From the NCBI GenBank assembly GCA_965263085.1, contig OZ253582.1, forward strand, positions 1,682,714-1,746,713: a DNA stretch of 64,000 bases, written 5' to 3'. Shown piece after piece: positions 38,991-48,491 of this stretch. Within the stretch, counting starts at the first letter, position 1. Each line of letters opens with the position of its first letter. Source of the stretch: Nitrospinales bacterium (GTDB lineage: Bacteria; Nitrospinota; Nitrospinia; Nitrospinales; VA-1). The translations under genes and the position numbers were made by a program. The notes below the pieces were generated by a model that worked only from the letters and a program-made list of their open reading frames with translations, ran no database searches and had not been told where the DNA came from.

Positions 38991-39500
38991 ATGAATGAGA
39001 AAAAATGCGTGAACATTGCCGTGTTGACGGTTTCCGACACCCGGACGGAAGCGGACGATAAATCCGGTCAGGTTTTAGTCGATCGGGTCCAGGGAGCCGG
39101 GCATCATCTGGTTGAGAAAAAAATCATCAAAGATGAAAAAGACCTGCTTCAGGAGCAACTGAAGCAATGGATCGCCAGTCCCGATGTCGATGTGGTGATA
39201 GCAACAGGCGGAACAGGCGTGACAGGACGCGACATCACTCCCGAAGCGTTTGAGGAACTGTATGAAAAGTCCATTCCCGGATTCGGCGAACTGTTCCGCA
39301 TGTTGAGCTATGAAAGCATCCGAACCTCCAGCATGCAGTCGCGTTGTACGGCAGGAGTCGCCAACGGCACATTCCTGTTTGCGTTGCCAGGCTCAACTGG
39401 GGCCTGTAAAGATGGGTGGGACCAGATCCTCGTCCACCAACTGGACAGTACCCACAAACCGTGTAATCTGGTTGAACTGATGCCTCGCCTGCTCGAATAA
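38991..39500 (+). CDS. moaB: Molybdenum cofactor biosynthesis protein B
   Basis: [38 protein letters not shown]. Confidence 0.92.
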   Translation: MNEKKCVNIAVLTVSDTRTEADDKSGQVLVDRVQGAGHHLVEKKIIKDEKDLLQEQLKQWIASPDVDVVIATGGTGVTGRDITPEAFEELYEKSIPGFGELFRMLSYESIRTSSMQSRCTAGVANGTFLFALPGSTGACKDGWDQILVHQLDSTHKPCNLVELMPRLLE

Positions 39501-39642
39501 TTACTGGCTGTAGAGGCAATGGATCAAGAGTTATTGCTCATTGCCCCCCGGCGAAGATACCAGTTGATTTGATAAATTTAAATGTGTTACCCTCTTCGTT
39601 GGGTTTCACCTCTAACATATAAATAAACTTTAGGAGTTTAAA

Positions 39643-40011
39643 ATGAACAAGATGTTGTTAGCCGTTCCATTGTTTGTGATAGGAATTTTATTTTCTTCCA
39701 CTGCTATCGCCGACGATATGAAAAAACATGAAAAAAAAGAGATGATGGAAAAAGGTAGTGGCATGATGGATGATGGCATGAAAGGTGATGCCATGAAAAT
39801 GAAAGACATGGAAAAAGGTAGTGGTATGAAGGGTGATGCCATGGAAATGAAGGAAATGGAAAAAGGTAGTGGCATGAAGGGTGATGCCATGGAAATGAAG
39901 GAAATGGAAAAAGGTAGTGGCATGAAGGATGATGCCATGAAAATGAAGGAAATGGAAAAAGGTAGTGGCATGAAGGGTGATGCCATGAAAATGAAAGACG
40001 GTAAAATGTAA
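39643..40011 (+). CDS. Secreted Met-rich tandem-repeat protein (16-aa MEKGSGMKGDAMxMKE repeats)
   Basis: AGGAG RBS, signal peptide ending AIA, 48-bp repeats at 39808, 39856, 39904, 39952 plus an interrupted copy at 39745. Confidence 0.85.
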   Translation: MNKMLLAVPLFVIGILFSSTAIADDMKKHEKKEMMEKGSGMMDDGMKGDAMKMKDMEKGSGMKGDAMEMKEMEKGSGMKGDAMEMKEMEKGSGMKDDAMKMKEMEKGSGMKGDAMKMKDGKM

Positions 40012-40162
40012 CAGCGACTCACCTGCTGGGCTTGGCATCTCGCCTTGCCCGGCCGTCGTTACCCCACCTGAGTCCCGCGTCACGCTGGTGCCTTGGAGGT
40101 CTGTGATCTCTCCAACATTAGCCAGGTTTCACCTCTGATATACTAAACTTTAGGAGATCAAA

Positions 40163-40489
40163 ATGAACAAGATGTTTTTAGTTGTTCCATTGTTTGTGAT
40201 GGGGGTTTTATTTTCTTCCACTGCTATCGCCGACGATAAGGAAAGATATGAAGAAGGCAGTGGCGGTTCCGCTATGGAAATGGACCACAAAGCCGACGGA
40301 ATGGAGCATTCCAAAGAATATTATGAAAAGAAATACGGTAAATATGACCATGAAGAAAAAGAGATGATGGAAGAAGGTAGTGGCATGAAGGATGACGCTA
40401 TGAAAATGAAAGAAATGGAACATCGACGCATGGAAGAAGGTAGTGGCATGAAGGATGGTGCCATGAAAATGAAAAACGGTAAAATGTAA
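40163..40489 (+). CDS. Secreted Met/His/Glu-rich paralog
   Basis: AGGAG RBS, same signal peptide, EEGSGMKD.AMKMK repeats. Confidence 0.85.
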   Translation: MNKMFLVVPLFVMGVLFSSTAIADDKERYEEGSGGSAMEMDHKADGMEHSKEYYEKKYGKYDHEEKEMMEEGSGMKDDAMKMKEMEHRRMEEGSGMKDGAMKMKNGKM

Positions 40490-40634
40490 CAGCGACCCGC
40501 CTGTGCTGGGCAGGGCATCTCGCCTTGCCCCGCTGTTGCTGCCCCATCTGAACCCCGCGTCACGCTGGTGCCTTGGAGGTCTGTGCTCTCTCCAATCATT
40601 GAACGACTGAATCCCAAATAAGGAAACAATAATA

Positions 40635-41591
40635 ATGCCAATAATACTGGCAGGTAATGATGCTTTTGATAAATGGCGGCACGGCAAAGATGCCTGGAAC
40701 GCATGGGTTGAAGAAAACCCGGTTGCCGATGTGAGTTTTGCGGATGTGGATTTTAGTCGGTTCGGTATCGGTAGTGGAATAATTTCGTTTAGCGGGTTTA
40801 AATTCCCAAACGGATTGGTCGATTTCAGCGGGGCCAGATTCGGTAAGGGATTGGTCAGTTTCAGTGGGGCAAGATTTGGTAAGGGGTATGTCGATTTCGC
40901 TAGGGCAGACTTCGGAGATGGGGATGTCGATTTCCTGGGAGCAAGCTTTGGAGAGGGTGAAGTAAAGTTTGAGGACATTACATTTCATGGAAAGGCTAAT
41001 TTTTCTCGTTTGAAAAATTGCGAGGCGGTTAAACGATTCTCATTCAGAAATGTTTCTTTTGAAAAAGCTTTCATGATCTCCGGCAAATTTGAATGTGTGG
41101 TAGATATGGTGGGAACAAAGACCGGTCACCATGTGGATTTAAGTGGTTTAACATGTTATCTGCAAAGGGAATGGTCTCGGGGTTTCCGTAAAGCAAAAAA
41201 GCCGGAAGGTGCCGATCGGTTGCGCCGACTTAAAGAGCTGGCGGAAAACAATAAACATCATGAGGCAGCCTTACGTTTCCATGCTGATGAAATGCGGGCA
41301 AAACGCTGGCATAAAACAGGCAGGCTTGCGTCAATTCTGGATATGTTATTCAGTGCCACCAGTAATTATGGCCAGTCCATCTTGCGGCCTTTTGTGGGGT
41401 TGGTGATCCTCATGATTTTCATGAGTTGCCTAACAGAAAAAGACGCGGTAACAATAATACGCGATATCCTGTTTTTTCTTCCGGCTTCCCGGACAGAAGA
41501 AAGCAGTATCATCTCTATCCTACGTCAATTTTTTGCTTTTATTTTTATATTCCTGATCGGTCTGGGTTTACGTAACCGTTTCAGAATTTGA
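40635..41591 (+). CDS. Pentapeptide-repeat protein with C-terminal membrane segments
   Basis: VDFSGARFGKG-type repeats, SNYGQSILRP, hydrophobic C-terminus ending LRNRFRI. Confidence 0.8.
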   Translation: MPIILAGNDAFDKWRHGKDAWNAWVEENPVADVSFADVDFSRFGIGSGIISFSGFKFPNGLVDFSGARFGKGLVSFSGARFGKGYVDFARADFGDGDVDFLGASFGEGEVKFEDITFHGKANFSRLKNCEAVKRFSFRNVSFEKAFMISGKFECVVDMVGTKTGHHVDLSGLTCYLQREWSRGFRKAKKPEGADRLRRLKELAENNKHHEAALRFHADEMRAKRWHKTGRLASILDMLFSATSNYGQSILRPFVGLVILMIFMSCLTEKDAVTIIRDILFFLPASRTEESSIISILRQFFAFIFIFLIGLGLRNRFRI

Positions 41592-41651
41592 GCAGTTTAA
41601 AAAGGCATTATCAAGGAAAGTTGACAAGAGCGCGAGGTGTCGCTTCGCCTT

Positions 41652-42353
41652 TTACCAAGGGGAGCCAGGGGGATTTATGTATTGTATCGGGTCTTTCATT
41701 CCTGTCTCTTGAAACCCTTTCAGGCGCAGTTGGCAGCTGTCGCACACGCCGCAGGACAATCCTCCCTCTGTCGGATCATAACAACTGTGGGTCATGGCAT
41801 AATCCACTCCCAGTTCTAGACCTTTCTTTATGATTTCTGCTTTCGTGAGTTTTATCAGTGGAGTATGAATCTTGATAGACTCTTTCCCTTCCACCCCAGC
41901 TTTGGTGGCGAGGTTGGCGAGTGTTTCAAACGCGGCGATGAACTCGGGTCGGCAATCGGGGTAACCGCTGTAATCGACAGCGTTGACTCCGATAAATATA
42001 TCGTTGGCTTCTTTCACTTCCGCATAAGCCAGGCAGAATGAAAGGAAGATGGTGTTGCGGGCGGGAACATAGGTGACAGGAATGCTCGATGCCATTTCCT
42101 GCTGATTCCGCCCGGTCGGAACGTCAATGGAATCGGTCAGTGCCGAGCCGCCAAACTGGCGCAGATCGATTTTGACAACCTGATGATCGACCGCGTCGAA
42201 ATGTTTAGCGATATCCCGTGCCCGGTCCAGTTCGACTCTATGCCGCTGGCCGTAGTCGAAGGTGAGGCAGAAGAGGTCGAATCCCTTATTTTGGGCTACG
42301 GCCAGGGTGGTGGTGGAGTCCAATCCCCCACTTAGTAAAACAACTGATTTCAT
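41652..42353 (-). CDS. queC: 7-cyano-7-deazaguanine synthase
   Basis: [36 protein letters not shown]. Confidence 0.96.
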   Translation of the reverse strand: MKSVVLLSGGLDSTTTLAVAQNKGFDLFCLTFDYGQRHRVELDRARDIAKHFDAVDHQVVKIDLRQFGGSALTDSIDVPTGRNQQEMASSIPVTYVPARNTIFLSFCLAYAEVKEANDIFIGVNAVDYSGYPDCRPEFIAAFETLANLATKAGVEGKESIKIHTPLIKLTKAEIIKKGLELGVDYAMTHSCYDPTEGGLSCGVCDSCQLRLKGFQETGMKDPIQYINPPGSPW

Positions 42354-42412
42354 AAGGGCTTACCTGATTGCCGACCGTTAAATGGCGTGCTGTTTTGGGC
42401 GATCTTATCGTC

Positions 42413-42441
42413 TTGCGCATTGCGGGTTATTATTATATACT
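42413..42441 (+). promoter_or_regulatory. Putative sigma70 promoter of ffh
   Basis: TTGCGC-17 nt-TATACT. Confidence 0.45.
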
Positions 42442-42502
42442 ATCCCGCTTACAATAAAACCCGATAGTCCCCTTAAATTTAAAGGGTTTAGCCCGGTTTC
42501 GC

Positions 42503-43849
42503 ATGTTTGATAATTTATCCGATCGCCTTGAGGCAATCTACAAAAAATTAAAGGGTCGCGGAGTTCTCAAGGAAGCAGATGTCGATGAGGCCCTGCGCGA
42601 AATTCGGGTTGCGTTGATCGAAGCGGATGTCAGTCTGCCGGTTATCAAGGATTTTATTGCCGATGTTCGGGTGAAAGCCATCGGTCAGGAAGTTTTGAAA
42701 AGCCTGACTCCGGGGCACCAGATGGTCAAGATCGTCAACGATGAATTGACTCATTTGCTGGGCGAAGCGTTTGTTGATATTGAGATGGCTTCAAAGCCGC
42801 CGACCATCATTCTGATGGCGGGACTTCAGGGGTCGGGTAAAACCACCACTGTCGGCAAGCTGGCCAGACGGTTTAAGGAAAAAGGGGAAAACTGTCTTCT
42901 TGTTCCGGCGGATGTTTATCGTCCGGCGGCGATTGAACAGTTGCATGTTTTAGGGCGAGATCTGGGTGTGGCGGTGTATGACGCCGGGGAGGAAAAGGAT
43001 CCGGTAGCGATCTGTAAAAAGTCGCTGGATGAAGCCGTCAACAAGATGAGTCAGGTCGTGATCATCGATACTGCGGGTCGTCAGCAGGTTGATGATGTCT
43101 TGATGGAAGAGTTACGGCAGATCAAGGCAGCAGTCCAGCCGCATGAAGTCTTGTTTGTGGCAGATGCGATGATGGGTCAGCAGTCTGCGGATATTGCCAG
43201 GACGTTTAATGATGCCATCGGTATTGATGGCGTGGTTTTGACCAAGATGGACGGTGATGCGCGTGGCGGCGCGGCGTTTTCCATCAAGAGGGTGACCGGC
43301 AAACCCATTCGCTTTATAGGAATGGGGGAAAAGCTCGATGCGCTGGAACCGTTTCACCCTGATCGGATTGTTTCCCGTATTCTCGGCATGGGCGATGTCA
43401 TGTCCCTGGTCGAAAAGGCGGAAGAAAGTTTCGAGCAGGAGGAGCATGAAAAATTACAGAAGAAGATCAAGTCCAACGCCTTCACTCTGGAAGATTTTCG
43501 CGACCAGTTGAAACAGGTCCAGAAAATGGGGTCGATGGAGCAGTTGCTCGGGATGATCCCCGGTGCTGGAAAAATGATGAAAGGTTTGAAAATTGATGAA
43601 CGCGCTTTTGTGAGGGTCGAAGCGATCATCAATTCCATGACAGCCAGGGAGCGCGAAAAGCACAACATCATCAATGCCAGCAGAAGACGCAGGATAGCCC
43701 AAGGCAGTGGTACCCGTGTGAACGATGTTAATAAATTGTTGAAGCAGTTTGTGCAAATGCAAAAGATGATGAAAAAAGTTTCCCGTGGCGGCGGTATGAA
43801 CCTCGGTAGCCTGATGGGCGGGCAGGGTATGCCAGGACGGTTCTTTTAA
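42503..43849 (+). CDS. ffh: Signal recognition particle protein
   Basis: GLQGSGKTT, DTAGR, TKMDGDARGG, M-domain. Confidence 0.97.
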   Translation: MFDNLSDRLEAIYKKLKGRGVLKEADVDEALREIRVALIEADVSLPVIKDFIADVRVKAIGQEVLKSLTPGHQMVKIVNDELTHLLGEAFVDIEMASKPPTIILMAGLQGSGKTTTVGKLARRFKEKGENCLLVPADVYRPAAIEQLHVLGRDLGVAVYDAGEEKDPVAICKKSLDEAVNKMSQVVIIDTAGRQQVDDVLMEELRQIKAAVQPHEVLFVADAMMGQQSADIARTFNDAIGIDGVVLTKMDGDARGGAAFSIKRVTGKPIRFIGMGEKLDALEPFHPDRIVSRILGMGDVMSLVEKAEESFEQEEHEKLQKKIKSNAFTLEDFRDQLKQVQKMGSMEQLLGMIPGAGKMMKGLKIDERAFVRVEAIINSMTAREREKHNIINASRRRRIAQGSGTRVNDVNKLLKQFVQMQKMMKKVSRGGGMNLGSLMGGQGMPGRFF

Positions 43850-43940
43850 ACGGATTTTTATTTGACGGTTTAATTTATCAGCGGTTTGTGGAACTGCGAA
43901 TCTTTCGGGCCAGACCCGAATTAACTTAGGAGAAAGTACA

Positions 43941-44186
43941 TTGGCGGTAGTAATTCGATTAACTCGGCGAGGAGCAAAAAAGAAACCCTTTTACCGGATT
44001 GTAGCGGCGGATTCCAGAATGCCAAGAGATGGTAGATTTCTTGAAATTCTGGGAACCTATGATCCTCTGAACGATGAAGAGGGCTGTAAGGTTGACGCGG
44101 ATAAAGCCATGGCTTGGATCAAGAAAGGCGCCAAGCCTAGCAAAACTGTGGGGACCCTGTTCAAAAAGGCCGGAGTTGGGGCTTAG
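43941..44186 (+). CDS. rpsP: 30S ribosomal protein S16
   Basis: [30 protein letters not shown]. Confidence 0.97.
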   Translation: MAVVIRLTRRGAKKKPFYRIVAADSRMPRDGRFLEILGTYDPLNDEEGCKVDADKAMAWIKKGAKPSKTVGTLFKKAGVGA

Positions 44187-44293
44187 ACCTCTTCATTTCG
44201 CAAAACTGCAATCCTTACAATTAGGCGAACTGGAATTATAAGTTTTACTCCTCTTCATATTCTGAGCCGTTTCCTGTGAACTCGGAGAGAATT

Positions 44294-44514
44294 GTGAGAG
44301 ACCTCATACTGATGATTGCGAAGTCGCTGGTGGATAAACCTGATGAAGTGGACTTGCAGGAATGAAAACAACGGTGCTGAAATTAAGGGTCGCGAAAGAA
44401 GGTTGTGGAAAGGTCATTGGCAAACAGGGTAGAACCGCCAGTGCCATGCGAACCATCTTGAACGCGACAGCCAACAAGTTAAAAAAACGGGCTGTGCTGG
44501 AAATTATTGAGTGA
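44294..44514 (+). pseudogene. khpA: KH-domain RNA-binding protein KhpA, frameshifted
   Basis: GTG 44294 [23 protein letters not shown] then TGA 44363; [41 protein letters not shown] resumes in another frame; canonical position between rpsP and rimM. Confidence 0.85.
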
Positions 44515-44515
44515 T

Positions 44516-45019
44516 ATGGATTGGATTTCGATTGGCAGGCTTGCCCGAACCCACGGCCTGAAAGGGGAGTTGAAGTTTTATCCGCATGACCCGGAAGAGG
44601 TCGACTTTTTGAGCGGACAGACTGTGCGGCTGGAAAAAACAGAATTGAAGGTTCAATCGATTCGCGGGGCCAACGTCCCCTTTATTATCAAGCTAGAGGG
44701 GATTAACGATATTGACATGGCAAAACCTCTCGCTGGGAAAGAAGTTCTGGCCAACCGTGACGATTTCAAGCCTCTGCCGGAAGGCGAATATTATCGCTTC
44801 GAGATCGAAGGGCTTGAAGTCTTCGATGAAGAAGGCCGACCTTATGGGGTCATCAAGGATATTATCCCGACAGGTAGCAACGATGTCTATGTGGTGCGAA
44901 ACGAGGGTCGGGAATGGATGCTCCCCATGATTGATTCGGTGGTCAAGTCCATCGACCTGAAACAGAGGAAACTGACTTTTCATCGTATTGAGGGTTTACT
45001 TGAGGACACTCCGGTTTGA
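44516..45019 (+). CDS. rimM: Ribosome maturation factor RimM
   Basis: HGLKGELK, LPEGEYY, TGSNDVYVV; operon context. Confidence 0.93.
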   Translation: MDWISIGRLARTHGLKGELKFYPHDPEEVDFLSGQTVRLEKTELKVQSIRGANVPFIIKLEGINDIDMAKPLAGKEVLANRDDFKPLPEGEYYRFEIEGLEVFDEEGRPYGVIKDIIPTGSNDVYVVRNEGREWMLPMIDSVVKSIDLKQRKLTFHRIEGLLEDTPV

Positions 45020-45698
45020 CATTGTCAGCATTTTTCCGGGGATGTTTGAGTCTCCTTTTGGAGACAGCATTATTCAGCGGGCTCGTGAAGAAGGATTGCT
45101 GGATATTCGCGTTCATGATTTACGCGACTACAGCCTGAATAAACACAAGAAGGTGGACGACACCCCCTTCGGAGGCGGAGTGGGTATGGTCATGAATGTT
45201 GAGCCTATTGCCCGCGCGCTTACAGCAGTTAAAAAAGAAGTTCCCGAAACCCGCACGATATTATTATCTCCGGGTGGGCGGCCTTTTGATCAGGAAAAAG
45301 CTCGGGAGCTTTCCAGCTTATCTAGTCTGACCTTGATCTGCGGTCGTTATGAGGGCATCGACGAACGGGTGCGGTTGCATTACGCCGATGAGGAAATTTC
45401 CGTCGGCGATTATGTTTTGACCGGCGGAGAGCTTCCAGCGATGGTTCTTGTTGAGGTAATATCAAGGTTGGTGCCGGGGGTGCTGGGCGACCCTGAATCG
45501 GTAGTGGAAGAATCTTTTTCCAACGGATTACTGGAATACCCGCAATACACCCGGCCTCGGGACTACGAAGGATTCAAGGTTCCGGAGATTCTGGTCTCCG
45601 GCGATGCGAAAAAAATACGCGACTGGCAAAAAGCGGAAGCGTTAAAAAAAACCGCGCAGGTTCGGCCCGACCTGCTCGAAAAAAATAAACGGGCTTAA
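44988..45698 (+). CDS. trmD: tRNA (guanine-N1)-methyltransferase
   Basis: DDTPFGGGVGM, CGRYEGIDER, GDYVLTGGE, YPQYTRP. Confidence 0.96.
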   Translation: MRVYLRTLRFDIVSIFPGMFESPFGDSIIQRAREEGLLDIRVHDLRDYSLNKHKKVDDTPFGGGVGMVMNVEPIARALTAVKKEVPETRTILLSPGGRPFDQEKARELSSLSSLTLICGRYEGIDERVRLHYADEEISVGDYVLTGGELPAMVLVEVISRLVPGVLGDPESVVEESFSNGLLEYPQYTRPRDYEGFKVPEILVSGDAKKIRDWQKAEALKKTAQVRPDLLEKNKRA

Positions 45699-45710
45699 TA
45701 CAGGTCGGCT

Positions 45711-46274
45711 TTGGATAAGGCAAATATTCATCTGGCTCTGGTCCATTTCCCCGTCTATAACAAATCCGGGGAAGTGGTGGTGTCATCTGTCACCACTTTG
45801 GATGTACATGATATTTCACGTGTATGTAGGACGTTTGGGATCGGTACTTTTTATGTGGTAACGCCATTGAAGACCCAGCAAGAGCTGGTGGAGAGGTTGG
45901 TTGGCCACTGGTTGGAGGGGCATGGGGCGGAATACAACCCGACCCGAAAAGAAGCGTTGCTCAATACCCGGGTCATAAAGAGTCTGGATGACGCGGCCGC
46001 CGAATTGGCCGAACAGAGCGGGGCAAAACCCCGTATCGTGGCCACTGGCGCCAGGCAGGTGCCGAACAGCATCAGATTTGAAAGTTTAAGAGAACAATTA
46101 AGCGAAGGTGGCCCTGTGCTTCTGGTTTTTGGCACTGGCTGGGGGCTGGAAAAAAACCTGATCCGAAATGCGGACCATGTGCTCGAACCCATCGAAGGGA
46201 ATAACGGGTTCAATCACCTGCCGGTACGAGGAGCGATAGCAATAATATTAGACCGTTTGTTAGGTAGGTCTTGA
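45711..46274 (+). CDS. SPOUT-class RNA methyltransferase (DUF2168-like)
   Basis: LVHFPVYNK, DVHDISR, FGTGWGL, FNHLPVR. Confidence 0.85.
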   Translation: MDKANIHLALVHFPVYNKSGEVVVSSVTTLDVHDISRVCRTFGIGTFYVVTPLKTQQELVERLVGHWLEGHGAEYNPTRKEALLNTRVIKSLDDAAAELAEQSGAKPRIVATGARQVPNSIRFESLREQLSEGGPVLLVFGTGWGLEKNLIRNADHVLEPIEGNNGFNHLPVRGAIAIILDRLLGRS

Positions 46275-46339
46275 GAAAAAATTTAAACGGAATCGAAAAT
46301 CATCAATGAGTTAATATAGTTACCTAGGGAGAGAGGTTC

Positions 46340-46765
46340 ATGAATTTAGTAGACCAGATTGAAGCAAAAGAAATGAAGAAAGAGGTTGCCGATGTTCACA
46401 TCGGCGATACCGTCAAAGTGCATATGCGCATCGTTGAGGGCGAGAAAGAGCGTATTCAAGTCATCGAAGGTGTGGTCATCAAAATGCGTGGTGGTGGGGT
46501 TCGTAAGACCCTGACGGTCCGAAAAATTTCTTTTGGTATTGGAGTGGAACGCATATTCCCACTCCATTCTCCTCGTGTCGAAAAAATTGAGATCATTCGG
46601 CGCGCCAAGGTGCGCCAGGCCAAGTTGTATTATTTGCGCGAACTGCGTGGCAAAGCGGCCCGCCTGAAAGAACTCAAGGCACCGCGACCCACGACCAAGA
46701 AGAAAAAGACCAAGACCCGCGGTAAAAAAGCCAAAGCCGCGAAAGCCGCTAAGAAAAGTCCCTGA
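46340..46765 (+). CDS. rplS: 50S ribosomal protein L19
   Basis: [33 protein letters not shown]. Confidence 0.97.
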   Translation: MNLVDQIEAKEMKKEVADVHIGDTVKVHMRIVEGEKERIQVIEGVVIKMRGGGVRKTLTVRKISFGIGVERIFPLHSPRVEKIEIIRRAKVRQAKLYYLRELRGKAARLKELKAPRPTTKKKKTKTRGKKAKAAKAAKKSP

Positions 46766-46796
46766 CTCTCTTCCGAGAGTGGGTGTGATATTGTCA

Positions 46797-47699
46797 TCAC
46801 TTTCTGCTCCCTGTGCCAGAGGGTGAGAGGGTTTCAACAGAAATGCCGGGAACGGGTTTCAGTTTTTCTGGTTCGTCTTTTTCCGTTTTTCCCGCCGATA
46901 GATTGAACGTTTCGCCTTGACCATACTGCGGTTTGATATTCTGGTATTTATATTTGGCGCGGGAGAGGTAGGTCTTCAATCCTCGAATACGGCTCTTGTC
47001 GGAAGGATGGGTTGAGGCCCACTCAGGCGGGTTCTTACCTCCTGCTGTTGCTTCACTGAACCGCTGCCAGAACTGAATCGCCTCATCTGGGTCGTAGCCC
47101 GCTTTTGCCATATAGATCAGCCCGATCTGGTCGGCTTCTTCTTCATTCGTTCGGCTAAATGGCAACTCAACGCCGAAAGTAATCCCTAGCCCTAAAGCAG
47201 CCATGATAAGCCTTCGCTGTCTGCTTGTTTCCAGACTGATGCTGGCAGCTACAAGAATTCCAGATGCAATGAGTTGTTGCGTCATTCTTTGGGCACCATG
47301 CCGGGCGATCACATGAGCGACCTCGTGACTCAGCACAGTGGCCAGCCCTGCTTCGTTTTTACAGATGGGTAGCATGCCGGTATATACTGCAACTTTGCCG
47401 CCAGGCAGAGCGAATGCGTTTTTTTCTTTCGATTCGATCAACTTGAATTCCCAGTCTAGTTCGGGCATGCGGCTTGCCTTTGCAATCCGACGGCCTACGC
47501 GATGAAGCACCTGACTCAAATGGGCATTTTCGGATTCTTTCTCATCTTTAAGAACCTCTTTGTAAGCCTGTTTCCCTAGCGCTACTTCCTGCGAATTTGG
47601 AATGAGAATCAGGGCTTGCCTGTTTGAAATCGGTGTGGTGACACATGCGGTTAAAACAAAGAAGACCGTCAGAAAAATAACTTTTAATGAGTTTGGCAT
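46797..47699 (-). CDS. M48-family metallopeptidase lipoprotein
   Basis: Lipobox LTAC, NAFALPGG, HEVAH, EEEAD, STHP. Confidence 0.9.
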   Translation of the reverse strand: MPNSLKVIFLTVFFVLTACVTTPISNRQALILIPNSQEVALGKQAYKEVLKDEKESENAHLSQVLHRVGRRIAKASRMPELDWEFKLIESKEKNAFALPGGKVAVYTGMLPICKNEAGLATVLSHEVAHVIARHGAQRMTQQLIASGILVAASISLETSRQRRLIMAALGLGITFGVELPFSRTNEEEADQIGLIYMAKAGYDPDEAIQFWQRFSEATAGGKNPPEWASTHPSDKSRIRGLKTYLSRAKYKYQNIKPQYGQGETFNLSAGKTEKDEPEKLKPVPGISVETLSPSGTGSRK

Positions 47700-47879
47700 A
47701 AAAGGATTATAAGAGGAGCGGGTTTGAATTTCAATAGCCCGCTTCACCTTTACAGGTGAGGTAGACAGTAATGACATAAAGCCGGGAGAATTTAATTTTT
47801 GTTGCGATAATAAGAACTTTAATTTATCAGTAGAGGCTCCTTGCTTGCGTCTATAAGGGGAATGACATATGCTTTGCCC

Positions 47880-48488
47880 ATGAAACCGGATTTGTGGGAT
47901 TACGAAATCAAGGCGCGTGACAAGGGTTATCGGCTTGTTGTTGGGGTAGATGAGGCCGGGCGCGGTCCGTTAGCGGGGCCGGTAGTTGCCGCCGCTGTGA
48001 TCCTGCCTCTCAATGCGGTTCTTGAGGGACTGGACGATTCCAAAAAACTTTCTCCCGCAAAACGTGAGGAACTGTTTCCGAAAATACAGGCGATGGCTCA
48101 TGGTGTGGCTGTGGTCAACCCGGAAATGATTGATGAAATCAATATTCTTCAGGCGGCGCGGTTGGCGATGAAACAGGCGGTGGAAAAATTGCCGTGGGTC
48201 CCTGATCTTCTTCTCATTGACGGCAACCAGAAAATAGATTCATCGGTAGACCAGTGGGCGATTGTGAAGGGAGACGCAAAAAGTTTTTCCATCGCCGCCG
48301 CATCGGTTCTGGCAAAGGTGACTCGTGATCGCATTATGAAAGATTATCACCGTTTGTATCCACAGTATGAGTTTGTTCAGCACAAAGGGTATGGCACACA
48401 ACTGCATCGCGACTTGATTGCCGAGCACGGTCCTTGTCCAATCCATCGCCGGACTTTCAGAGGAGTCACGGAATATCTTAACCGTTAA
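47880..48488 (+). CDS. rnhB: Ribonuclease HII
   Basis: GVDEAGRGPLAGPV, DSKKL, KGD..SIAAASVLAKV, HKGYGT. Confidence 0.95.
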   Translation: MKPDLWDYEIKARDKGYRLVVGVDEAGRGPLAGPVVAAAVILPLNAVLEGLDDSKKLSPAKREELFPKIQAMAHGVAVVNPEMIDEINILQAARLAMKQAVEKLPWVPDLLLIDGNQKIDSSVDQWAIVKGDAKSFSIAAASVLAKVTRDRIMKDYHRLYPQYEFVQHKGYGTQLHRDLIAEHGPCPIHRRTFRGVTEYLNR

Positions 48489-48491
48489 GTT

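Larger units (their letters stand above)
39602..40595 (+). repeat. Diverged tandem duplication (unit 1 39602-40115, unit 2 40125-40595): leader + Met-rich gene + ~105-nt tail
   Basis: Shared GGTTTCACCTCT..TAAACTTTAGGAG leader, near-identical signal peptide DNA, shared tail ending CGCGTCACGCTGGTGCCTTGGAGGTCTGTG..CTCTCCAA. Confidence 0.9.

Noticed and set aside
39745-39999. Regular 48-bp repeats as a CRISPR array
   Set aside because: Repeats are contiguous with no unique spacers, are in frame within a signal-peptide ORF, and no cas genes are present.
40008-40131. Tails after Met-rich genes as integron attC sites
   Set aside because: TAAC at the stop is suggestive, but there is no matching RYYYAAC/GTTRRRY pair or end-to-end palindrome, and no integrase.
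39630-40988. Antisense ORFs over the Met-rich and pentapeptide genes (for example 40208..40978)
   Set aside because: These are shadows of repetitive plus-strand genes that have RBSs and signal peptides.
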